Positions 22,908 through 33,058 of a stretch of DNA of 33,058 nucleotides are shown here, one piece after another (position 1 is the first letter of the stretch; each line of letters begins with the position of its first letter). Made by a program: the position numbers and the translations under genes. The stretch lies in contig NC_068992.1 in assembly GCF_001194135.2 (NCBI RefSeq), positions 43,248,728 to 43,281,785 of the forward strand. The letters are read 5' to 3'. The DNA is from Octopus bimaculoides. Lineage: Eukaryota. The notes below the pieces were generated by a model. That model saw only the letters and a list, made by a program, of their open reading frames with translations, was not told where the DNA came from and did not search any database.

Positions 22908-23229
22908 AGATATATTGATGTAAAGCGGTCTTTTGAGTCTGATTTATCTGTCTTTTGACAACGGTTGTCGCTCTGGCAGATATTGTTATATTCCGAAGTC
23001 GTCCATAAAATATTCTATCTGGCACTGTACGACCCCCAGTCGTACAATGTTGTTATCCTCAATAGGTTGGATAATTATAACACCCACTCAGTATCACAGT
23101 ATAATTACTATATCAGCACAAACACGATTACCTTCTTCTGTAGACCGGCTACTTACAATGGCTGACAACTACGATTTTTATAACATTTATATATTCATTT
23201 TCCTTATTCTTTACTAGTCGAGAGTTGCA

Positions 23230-23600
23230 GTCATGCTGGCACATGGACGCTAGCTTTGCTACACCTTCACTATTTTAAAACTCCTGTGATATGTGGTATT
23301 TGGCGAATGGAGGTTTTGATGCTGCTGTCTTCATCCAAGAAGGCTCATCCGGAAAACTTGACAGAAGGAGATCCAGTTTTGTTTTGAAGACACCTAAATT
23401 CACCCCATGCAGGTCTGTCGGCATTTTTTGAGAAAATATCGAAGATCTGTGATCCCTTGAAGCCCAAGTGCTTCTAGGATTTTCCAGATGTATATCACTT
23501 TATATCTGTCCCGACGTTCGTAATAGCTGACATTTCGCATTGAGACAGTCTTCTTTGTGTAGCTTTGCTGGATTGTTTCATTGGACGAAAAGGTGTGAAG
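23230..23600 (-). mobile_element. CR1-group LINE, ORF2 C-terminus and 3' end, decayed
   Basis: IQQSYTKK...SYYERRDRYKVIYIWKILE and downstream GVFKTKLDLLLSSFPDEP, characteristic of post-RT CR1/Crack/Daphne C-termini. Confidence 0.8.
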
Positions 23601-24015
23601 GTTTGCTATATCGTTAAAGTAATAGTTTGTAATCTTCATAGAAAATTTCGTAAGAGATAAAACAGCTACAGTACTTCAATTCGCTTCATAAATCTTCTTA
23701 CGTATCAGCTCAATCTGATAAATAGTTTCTCAACAATTTTTTACAATTACACCTCTGTATATTTCCACTACTGAAGCTACATACTCCTTTTCTTTTGATA
23801 AGCTCTAGGGATATGCTAGAGTGTTTAGAATGTAAGATAACAGCATTTAATACATCTACATAAAATACATCACAAGAATTTTATCTTCTAATTATTCTTC
23901 AAAGATTACAATCGTTTTAAAATAATTATGTATTATTCACCCATTTTTTTTTTACAATACATATGCGGAAATTACTTTAACGACTTTTCAAGAGAGATAT
24001 ATACAGATAGATAGA

Positions 24016-24054
<39 letters not shown>

Positions 24055-24149
24055 TATTGAAAAGAGTTCCAACTCTGTCTGTTTTTTATGTTTTATTTAT
24101 ATTCTTATAAAATTAATTTGGGATATAGAATATGGAATATATAATATAA

Positions 24150-24489
24150 ATAGTTTGTGTGATTGGGGGTTGTGGCTGTGTGTGTATATATGTGTTCGCA
24201 AATGTGCGTATGACGGAGTGGAAATGTATGCGTGTGTGTTTGTTTATGTGCGTATGAGAGTGGGTGGGTGTCTATCTGTATATATATATATGTATGTGTG
24301 TATGAATATGAGTGTGTGCGTGTGGGGAGGTATATGTACCGTGCATGTGTGTGTGTCAGCGAGAAAAATGGTGGTGTGGTGATACACATGTAGGTGCATT
24401 GGTGTAGCCTTGCGTGTGTTTTTGTGTGCACGAGGTTGTTTGCGGATAAGCGTGTGTGTGTGTACATATCTGCTAGTGAGTGTGTGGGA

Positions 24490-24543
<54 letters not shown>

Positions 24544-24700
24544 GTATGTGTGTATGTTTGGGCGTATGTATGTATTATGTGTGTGAAGTATTCTGTTTGT
24601 ACGTCTCAGGGTAAGTCAGCGTGTATGTGTGTGCGCTGTGTCTGTATATTCCGGTGGCGAGAGTTCATCCTATGTATATTGGTCTTTGTGTGTGAGAGAT
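24150..24700. repeat. Degenerate (GT)n/(TA)n simple-sequence region
   Basis: Directly visible, with a pure (TA)n at about 24491-24538. Confidence 0.9.
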
Positions 24701-24994
24701 GAATAAAAACTGAAGAATAACGTGAAAATGAAGAATAAAAATTAGAAATATAAAGTTTTAAAAAATATAAAATAAAAAATAAATAAAATTGATAGGTTCG
24801 GAAACGCAAAATTGAGAATAGAGCACAAACGATGCGTGTGTATGTATGGTATATACATGTGCTTTACAAATAATCACCAGAATTTATAGAATGACCCAAG
24901 GGCCGAGAGTCACCTGCGCGGGCGTTTATCAGCCACACGAATCTTTGTAACATGAGACTCTCTGTAACTTCTGTCGATTATCAGAATATTTTTT

Positions 24995-25127
24995 AGAACC
25001 ACATGGTTGCGGTTTTAGTCCCAATGCGTAAAACTTTGTGTAAGCAATTTCTGCAACATCAGGCTCACCAAAGCCTTGCGAGTGGATTTGATTGACGTAA
25101 ACAAAAGGAAGCCCGTAGTATATACAT
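24995..25127 (+). mobile_element. SINE 5' fragment running into a gap
   Basis: aaccacatggttgcggttttagtccca...accaaagccttgcgagtggattt...gaagcccgtagtata. Confidence 0.8.
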
Positions 25128-25710
25128 NNNNNNNNNNNNNNNNNNNNNNNNNNNNNNNNNNNNNNNNNNNNNNNNNNNNNNNNNNNNNNNNNNNNNNNNN
25201 NNNNNNNNNNNNNNNNNNNNNNNNNNNNNNNNNNNNNNNNNNNNNNNNNNNNNNNNNNNNNNNNNNNNNNNNNNNNNNNNNNNNNNNNNNNNNNNNNNNN
25301 NNNNNNNNNNNNNNNNNNNNNNNNNNNNNNNNNNNNNNNNNNNNNNNNNNNNNNNNNNNNNNNNNNNNNNNNNNNNNNNNNNNNNNNNNNNNNNNNNNNN
25401 NNNNNNNNNNNNNNNNNNNNNNNNNNNNNNNNNNNNNNNNNNNNNNNNNNNNNNNNNNNNNNNNNNNNNNNNNNNNNNNNNNNNNNNNNNNNNNNNNNNN
25501 NNNNNNNNNNNNNNNNNNNNNNNNNNNNNNNNNNNNNNNNNNNNNNNNNNNNNNNNNNNNNNNNNNNNNNNNNNNNNNNNNNNNNNNNNNNNNNNNNNNN
25601 NNNNNNNNNNNNNNNNNNNNNNNNNAAAAGTAATTAATGATTTTACCAGTGTGGCAACGCGGGATAAAAACCTTATAGGTAAATTTTACAAATATTTTAA
25701 TAATTATACA

Positions 25711-25934
25711 CATAATTATAACAAGGGATTGGCTCACCACACGCTGGAAATATAGACGTCAAAAATAGACGCTGTTGCAACCTTAAAATCTCCGAGAATA
25801 AACACACTGGGTTGTAGGCGAGCGAGCAACTCAGTGTGTTATTGTTGGAGATTTTAAGGTGGGAATAGTGTCTTTTGGCGTCTATTTTCCCAGCGCGTGG
25901 AGAGGCTTATAGCCAATCCTTTGTTATAATTATG
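25711..25934. mobile_element. Long palindromic (foldback) MITE
   Basis: Arms 25711-25814 and 25827-25934 are imperfect inverted repeats (cataattataacaagggattggct / agccaatcctttgttataattatg; ccttaaaatctcc / ggagattttaagg; acacactgggttg / caactcagtgtgt) around a 12-nt loop. Confidence 0.88.
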
Positions 25935-25991
25935 TATATAAATATATATATATATATATATAAAAGTATATATATGGAAACAAATGCACTA

Positions 25992-26386
25992 GATGTTGAT
26001 ATTATTTAAATCATTTATATCACCATATCACTGACATGTGTTTCTTTTTTTTTATTGCCCACAAGGGGCTAAACATAGAGGGGACAGACAAGGACAGACA
26101 AATGGATTAAGCCGATTACATCGACCCCAGTGCGTAACTGGTACTTAACTTATCGACCCCGAAAGGAGGAAAGGTAAAGTCGACCTCGGCGTAATTTGAA
26201 CTCAGAATGTAACGGCAGACGAAATACTGCTAAGCACTTCGGCCGGCGCGCTAACGTTTCTGCGAGCTCGCCGACATGTTTCGATTGATGCATTTCTCCA
26301 CATTGTTCTTCCTCTCGCATTTATTTTAATGCATCAATCGAAACATGAGTCAGTGATATGGTGATATAAATTATTTAAATAACATC
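25992..26386. mobile_element. Second palindromic MITE, split by a SINE insertion
   Basis: Outer arms 25992-26044 and 26340-26386 are inverted repeats; inner arms catgtttcgattgatgcatt (26275-26294) and aatgcatcaatcgaaacatg (26328-26347). Confidence 0.8.
26045..26273 (-). mobile_element. Full-length tRNA-derived SINE (second family) with A-rich tail
   Basis: Minus strand ggcgagctcgcagaaacgttagc (A-box) ... gagttcaaattacgccgaggtcgac (B-box) ... gggcaataaaaaaaaaag. Confidence 0.9.
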
Positions 26387-26624
26387 TTGTGTGTTTGTCT
26401 CTATTTTCCATTACTCTTATGNNNNNNNNNNNNNNNNNNNNNNNNNNNNNNNNNNNNNNNNNNNNNNNNNNNNNNNNNNNNNNNNNNNNNNNNNNNNNNN
26501 NNNNNNNNNNNNNNNNNNNNNNNNNNNNNNNNNNNNNNNNNNNNNNNNNNNNNNNNNNNNNNNNNNNNNNNNNNNNNNNNNNNNNNNNNNNNTATATACA
26601 CATCTATATTTGTGTATCTTCGTA

Positions 26625-26830
26625 TCTATGTTTGTCCACCACCACCGCTTCACAGACGGCGTTGCTTTGTTTATGTCTCCGAAACATAGTGGTTCGGCAA
26701 AACATACCGAAAGACTTAAAGTACCAGGCTTAAAAGAAAAAGTACTTAGGTCGATTCATTAGACTAAAACCTCTTAAAAGTGATGCTCCAGCATCTTCAC
26801 AGTGTAATGACTGAAACAAGTATAAGACAA
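26625..26830 (+). mobile_element. SINE 3' half (main family)
   Basis: gtttgtccaccaccaccgcttcac...gtggttcggcaaaa...gctccagcat...atgactgaaacaagta. Confidence 0.82.
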
Positions 26831-27213
26831 CAAAAATAAAACAATATAACCTAAACATAATAATATTTAATAACTATCATAAAAAAAAATGAAATTGTCT
26901 GCACTATGTGCCACAGAAGTAATGAACAGCCCAACCAAAGTAATGGATATAAACAAACAAGGACCCTTCAATAAAAGCATACACTCGAAATAAAAAATAA
27001 CACACACATTCATTAAAACAACCGAAGAGTCTTACAAAGGCAACAATCTCGACCTTAACCTATTTTAAGAACAAGCCCTAACTTCGGATAACGACTGTGA
27101 AGAAGTAAAGGTCAACAGTGCAAACCTATAAATAACAACCCCACCTCTCAGAGAACACTAACTAACAAAAAATTTACTTCGATCAGTTCACTTCCAAGAT
27201 GTTCAAATGAACG

Positions 27214-27297
27214 GACCCTGATGAAGCTGCGCCGACAATATTGCAAAGCTGCGTTTGCAACAGTGGGTAGCCACTGCAACAGAAACACGTGTAGGTC
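27214..27297 (+). ncRNA. Type I hammerhead ribozyme motif (minimal, Penelope-type)
   Basis: Helix I GACC/GGTC; CTGATGA at 27218-27224; GAAA at 27282-27285; palindromic helix III C-ACGT-G; GUA cleavage triplet at 27291-27293; expanded helix II with two internal hairpins. Confidence 0.75.
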
Positions 27298-27579
27298 ATT
27301 ATGATATGCTGTATATAGCTATAAAATAAATTTGTAGATTTACAACTTTCCATACGCTTTATTATTATTGATATTAATTTACACTCCAGAGTACTTTTAC
27401 TGTCCAGCGCAGAAAACGTGGAGTGACTAACAACTAAATGTGGTCGCAGACCTCAGATACTGATCGCTGTTGTTAGTTATTGACTGGCACCTAACTGGGA
27501 GTTAATACGGTATCCGCCCAGATAATATATCCCTTCAAACTCACTTTTACATATATGTATATATATATATATATTGAAG

Positions 27580-27950
27580 TTCATAGGTAGTGGGTAGCGA
27601 TTTTCTTCACTACTTCAAGGAGTGATGACCCTGCCTGACACGAATCCCGGGCTCAGCTGACTCCGGCTGACTGTACCCGGTATGGGCCCCTGTCCAGGGT
27701 TACAGAAAGGAGACAACCTTCAAAGAAATCCGGAGTGCAGCCCCGTAGGCGGTTTAGTGTTCGACTCGACACTCTTCCGCAGCTCCTGCAACCAAGCTGG
27801 TGCCAAATGTAATGCTCTGCACTCCTTTGGACTAAGTCAACAAGGTCGAGAGAGGAATCCTCGTGACTGGGCTACCCAGGATTTTCATAGCCTAGGCCTG
27901 CGCAAAACTGGAGAGGACATGAAACGTAAAAAACAGACTGGATTAGTTTA
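27580..27950. mobile_element. GC-richer retroelement-derived repeat (possibly an RTE-type LINE 5' region)
   Basis: Sharp rise in GC; cgggctcagctgactccggctg...ccagggttac...cctcgtgactgggctacccagga recalled as a repeat; no conserved protein motif in the overlapping ORF. Confidence 0.45.
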
Positions 27951-28147
27951 TGCGCGATTCCATTGTCTCCCGATACAAAAGGAACATTGGAGTTCATATC
28001 AATTATTAACCTCAGTATTCATCATACATATTAACCTCAGTATTCACCATACATAATATAGCCACCACCCCAACTCCATTTAGAGCAGTTTATCAGCAGA
28101 CTGTCAACCACAACGCAATTTTTGATATAGTGAATGTTTACTACTAC

Positions 28148-28456
28148 CTCACAAGCGAAGACAGACGGAAAGGATGCGCTTGCAACTGAGAATTTGAGTT
28201 TGCAGAAACTATATCTATATACCACCTAAGGAAACACAACTAGATCCCATTATGCAGGGAAACGGTTACATAACGAAATACCTGTGAACTCGGAGAACAA
28301 GGCTGTGTGGAAATTGTAGTGATTACAAATAAATGTTCCTCTACACTCCTTCTTGTTGACTCCTACTTATTTAATTATCCATTCACTCACTTCAGAAGCC
28401 CCAATGCAAATCTGGCAGTATGTATAATACCACTGCTGCATAGCACCGGGTGAAAT
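28148..28456 (-). other. Candidate exon pair (28391-28456 and 28148-28225) with a 165-nt intron
   Basis: ccaccttcag|..GAA|gtgagt and gtttccttag|..GAG|gtagta (alternative CTT|gtgagg); two frames stay open across the junction; no recognised homolog. Confidence 0.3.
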
Positions 28457-28524
28457 CTGAAGGTGGACGAGCTTTAAAATGTACTCTGCTACATTCTTAA
28501 CAGAATGTAACTTAAATATATATG

Positions 28525-28555
<31 letters not shown>

Positions 28556-28899
28556 GGTATGTATGTATGTATAAATAGAAATATCTGCATGTATAAAAAT
28601 ATGCATAAACTGATAATGTTCCTGGTAACCTCCTGAAATTAAATTGTCTTAACTTTCATATACTATTCATGACCTTTTGGCCATGCTATCTTTCCATGTG
28701 AGATATGTTTCTGAAATCACTTTGAACTAATATGTAAGGTGTTGAACGAAGTTTCCTCTTATTCACTTCAACATTTTTTTTTTTTTTTCATATATCGCAT
28801 TTGAATTTGGTCACCATTTTCACGAACCTGTATTCTTACTTGTAACTTGTATGAATAAGTAATTTTCCTTCTAACAACTTTTCTCTTATTTCTTATATT

Positions 28900-29110
28900 T
28901 TACTTCAGCCTGTCATTCGATTGCGGCCATGTTGGGGCACCGCCTTGCTAAATGTTTAGTTGAATGAATTGACCACAGTACTTGCTTTTTTTCTGTTTCT
29001 TAAGGCCTGGTACTTATTCTATCGGTTTCTTTGCCGAACCGCCAGATTGCAAGAATATGAATATACCAGTACAGGATGTCCAGCGGTGGTGGTGGGACAA
29101 ACACAGAAAG
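28900..29110 (-). mobile_element. SINE 3' half
   Basis: ttcagcctgtcattcgattgcggccatgttggggcaccgcc...tctatcggtttctttgccgaaccgcc...gcggtggtggtgggacaaacac. Confidence 0.85.
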
Positions 29111-29221
29111 AAAGACACACACACACAGACACACAGACACACACGCACGCACACGCACGCGCGCACACACACACACACACACTCAAGTGCAGGTCTCATT
29201 TTGTATTTCTTCCAGTTACTT

Positions 29222-29350
29222 ACAGTAAACATCCGATGTTGTACTCTCCTTGGGTTCTTGAAAAGTGCATTGTTTTCAAATACTGATCATGAAAGGTGGA
29301 TGGACGTCCTCTACTTTCTCGATTTTCAAGCTTCTCATCCCCACTACGGA
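29222..29350 (-). pseudogene. Small mariner transposase remnant
   Basis: GDEKLENRESRGRPSTFHDQYLK resembles the mariner G(D/E)xSLEDxxRxGRP linker. Confidence 0.5.
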
Positions 29351-30114
29351 CTCTCTATAGCCATCATTATACTATCCTATCATTAGTGGACCCTTCATCC
29401 TTTGCTCTGTTTATATAAGCGACTGTTTGGGAAGCATTATGTTCAAGATTGAATCTATGCAAATAAATAAATAAATAAACGCATTCCTTTCCTTTTTTTG
29501 CCCCTTGTTTGAAATTAAGGATTTCTACGCTGTAAAATTAAATTCTGAAAGAAATCAATAAAAATGTATTAAAGAATTCATAAAAATTATTAAGCATGTA
29601 AAATTTCGTCTAAAACATAACAAAAATAACATCTTAAACTGAATTTGAAAAAGTGTTATTGAAAAATCTGACAGTATTTTCCGAACAACATATATACGTA
29701 CATNNNNNNNNNNNNNNNNNNNNNNNNNNNNNNNNNNNNNNNNNNNNNNNNNNNNNNNNNNNNNNNNNNNNNNNNNNNNNNNNNNNNNNNNNNNNNNNNN
29801 NNNNNNNNNNNNNNNNNNNNNNNNNNNNNNNNNNNNNNNNNNNNNNNNNNNNNNNNNNNNNNNNNNNNNNNNNNNNNNNNNNNNNNNNNNNNNNNNNNNN
29901 NNNNNNNNNNNNNNNNNNNNNNNNNNNNNNNNNNNNNNNNNNNNNNNNNNNNNNNNNNNNNNNNNNNNNNNNNNNNNNNNNNNNNNNNNNNNNNNNNNNN
30001 NNNNNNNNNNNNNNNNNNNNNNNNNNNNNNNNNNNNNNNNNNNNNNNNNNNNNNNNNNNTATATATGTATATTCATATGTGTACATACTTACATTTATAC
30101 GTATATATGTGCAT

Positions 30115-30465
30115 ATGTGGGCACAGGACATCATGAAACGTGTACAACAAAAAAGTACGAAGCACGAGTACATGGAACATGAACTATTCTTTTGAACAAC
30201 GAGAGACACAAATAGAAAACAAAACAAGCATAAAGAACAACCCTTCATCAGTTGTTGGCTGTTTTTCTAATCTCGCATTTCGAGCATTTAACAACAATAT
30301 ACGGTTTCAATAAAAAAAAGTTGCTCCTGCAAAGCAAGTTAAATAAAATTTGGGATTTTGCGGAGGGTCAAAATAAGTAACACAAACAGGACAGTGAAAG
30401 CAAACAGGAAGGGCTGTTAATCCTAATCGAGGTTGTGGTGTCGAAGCTTGAAAGGAGACAAACAA
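30115..30465 (-). mobile_element. Interspersed repeat (family A), second copy
   Basis: Reverse-complement homolog of 1-276. Confidence 0.75.
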
Positions 30466-30469
30466 AAAC

Positions 30470-30612
30470 ATACGAAATGCTTCTTTGAGTTTCCGTCTAC
30501 CGAATCCGCTCACAAGGCTTTGGCCGGCCCGAGGCTGTAGTGAAAGACACTTGCCCAAGATGTAACGCAGTAGGACTGAACCCGGAGCCACGTCGTTGAG
30601 AATCAACACTCA
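30470..30612 (-). mobile_element. SINE 5' half
   Basis: gcttctttgagtttccgtctacc...cacaaggctttggccggcccgaggct...gacacttgcccaag...ggactgaacccgg. Confidence 0.85.
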
Positions 30613-31305
30613 AACACCAACTTATAATCTACCTTCACCCATTGATGCATATATAGAGAGTAGATTCCTGTATTTAACCTGTTTATCATTCTATCACGCG
30701 GCTCCAACATCTATTCTATCATAATCTTAATTTTATCTCCCTTAATAATTTTAATCTTAAATTTATTCTGTATCAGATCGTTTTTTATTTATTTATCCTT
30801 ATTTTCTTGTTTTAATCCAAATCAGATTCTGGATGGGATTGTATTTATCGACTTGCAAAAGCGTGTACCTATTATTTAATGTGGATATATTTCTTTATAT
30901 ATTATGTATTCTAGAGTATTTAAAGTAATTCCATTGAATTAGCAAATTAAACTGCTGTCAAAAGAGCTACATTGCTCAAGGCTGCCATCACTTTCTAAGA
31001 ACCCTAAATTTTGCCTTTTCCCCATGTTTATTTAAAAATTCGAGCCTTTCTACGCCATTGCTTTCTTATGATTTAAATCCTGTGGCATTTATCATAAATA
31101 TGATTATTTTGTATTTTAACATAATGCTAAATTTTATTATACTTGGGGCGACTGCTATAGAGAGAAATATAATACGAATTATTCAATCGCATATATGTTT
31201 CGATCAATTTCTTATATCTATAACGTATTCTGTATATTTCATTTAACGAGGATGTTCAGCTAGAAGACATGAAGGTATTATATTCGTCCCGAAAAAGAAT
31301 TTGGC

Positions 31306-31346
<41 letters not shown>

Positions 31347-31384
31347 CATACGTACATATATAACACCTACATACAGACATATCT

Positions 31385-31429
<45 letters not shown>

Positions 31430-31751
31430 NNNNNNNNNNNNNNNNNNNNNNNNNNNNNNNNNNNNNNNNNNNNNNNNNNNNNNNNNNNNNNNNNNNNNNN
31501 NNNNNNNNNNNNNNNNNNNNNNNNNNNNNNNNNNNNNNNNNNNNNNNNNNNNNNNNNNNNNNNNNNNNNNNNNNNNNNNNNNNNNNNNNNNNNNNNNNNN
31601 NNNNNNNNNNNNNNNNNNNNNNNNNNNNNNTAGCAGTCAAAGAACTACTGATTCTAAACTACAAATTTTTCTCTAAATGGATGGCGATATTTATGGCACA
31701 CATAGAACAAAAAACCGGAGGGAAAAGCAAAAACAAACCTGCCTTTAGTTA

Positions 31752-31814
31752 ATTGGTTACGACGTTTCGCGGTTAAGAGAATGAAATTACTCTATTCCGC
31801 ATCTTCAGCCCAAT
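31752..31814 (-). ncRNA. Type I hammerhead ribozyme motif
   Basis: Minus strand ATTGGG-CTGAAGA-T-GCGG..(internal hairpin)..CCGC-GAAA-C-GTC-GTA-ACCAAT; helix I has 5 bp plus a junction mismatch. Confidence 0.7.
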
Positions 31815-31835
31815 ATTCTGATAAATTTGAAAGTG

Positions 31836-31869
<34 letters not shown>

Positions 31870-31901
31870 TATATACATATAGTGGCGTACATACACTTTG
31901 G

Positions 31902-31944
<43 letters not shown>

Positions 31945-33058
31945 CATACCATCTGAATAGCCAGTCGTTGCCAGGCAATTTTTTACAATAGAATGACTCT
32001 ATATAATTTTTTATTTATTCCACATCAGAGCATGACTTTCCCGGTAAATAGACCTCTTAAACGGGACAGATGTGTGCAATGTTTCACCAAAAATCGTCGT
32101 TGAGGATTTTTTTTCCTTTTTAAATTATTTACCTTGATTTTTAAGCCCTTAAAATCTGTTATAGAGATTTTAGAACAAACATTTTTGCTTGCTGTAAAAT
32201 CAGCGACTTTACGTCGCTTGAAATTATATATATTGCGAGCAGAACCGAGCTACTGCCATCTCTAGTAGACGAGGTGCCCAGTACTGAAGAGAAGCTGAAA
32301 CAGAGTGGAACCAGGCTGATCTTCTGGTCCCGTTACTACATGGTGATAGGGTTTCGCTCCCCTGCTCGCAGTATCTTGGATGCAGCTGTGCATCGTTAAC
32401 CAGTCAGAGCAGATGTCCTCTTGGGGTTAAAAAGTCGCAGGAAAGTCCGTTCGCACGGAAAACCACGTTGAAATGGCTACGAATATTACTTGTTAGTATA
32501 AATATTGCGTTGATCTCTTAGAGAGATTTTAGAACCTCTATTTTTACTTATATATACATACATGTAGCTCTTTCCCAGGTTTCTCATTCTCTATCACTCT
32601 CTATTTATCTATCTATCTATCTACTTATTTATTCATAAGCCTATGTATTACTCTCTAGCTTATTTTATCTATATTTCTCCCATTCTACCCATTCTCTCTC
32701 TCTATCTTTCACTCTCTCTCTCCCTCTCTCTCTCTGTTCTCTAGACTACTCCCTCTTGATATCGCTTTGTATATATTTACCACCAAATATATCCCTTGAA
32801 TCAAATTGGCTGCGATATTTCACTATAAACATTCTTGTCTTTTTATGTATTTATTCTTTTTTTTTTCTGCTTTATATTTTCTTTTCATTTTCTTCGTTTT
32901 TCGTTTCATTAATTTTTATAGACTGAGAAGAACAGATGATGTATTGGATTGATAAATATATATGCGTGTAGGTGCATGCGAACTCGCGTGCGCCTGCGCA
33001 TAAATGACTGCATTTGTTTTGTGTATATTTGTGCGTATGGGAGTATATACAATTATAT

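Noticed and set aside
27682-28056. 124-aa ORF
   Set aside because: Lies within a GC-rich repeat; no recognisable domain
29212-29291. Plus-strand exon candidate with a strong acceptor
   Set aside because: Overlaps a mariner remnant on the minus strand next to a SINE; the repeat explanation is simpler
154-31640. Long ORFs rich in YI/HT/CV/LSIY or X in the supplied track
   Set aside because: They are translations of microsatellites and N-gaps, not genes

Overview
AT-rich, repeat-dense eukaryotic DNA from a gapped short-read assembly (11 N-gaps, most abutting microsatellites). The SINE families and microsatellite load are most consistent with an octopus genome; this rests on recalled repeat sequences, not a database search. 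No intact protein-coding gene can be supported, and most of the supplied ORFs are microsatellite or N-gap artefacts. The window is a transposon graveyard: about 13 tRNA-derived SINE copies; decayed mariner and Tc1 transposases; a complete mariner-derived MITE nested in a SINE; the 3' half of a Chapaev3-like DDE transposon cut by a Penelope-like GIY-YIG fragment; a CR1-group LINE 3' end; restriction-like-endonuclease (RLE) LINE 3' ends sitting inside (TAA)n and (CATA)n tracts; and two long palindromic MITEs. The most notable signal is a set of hammerhead-ribozyme cores. Two are well formed (27214-27297 + and 31752-31814 -) and several are degenerate, including one apparently joined to a tRNA-derived Pol III head and one family with a type II-like permutation. 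A few small exon-like segments with good splice sites hint at a long-intron host gene that could not be identified.
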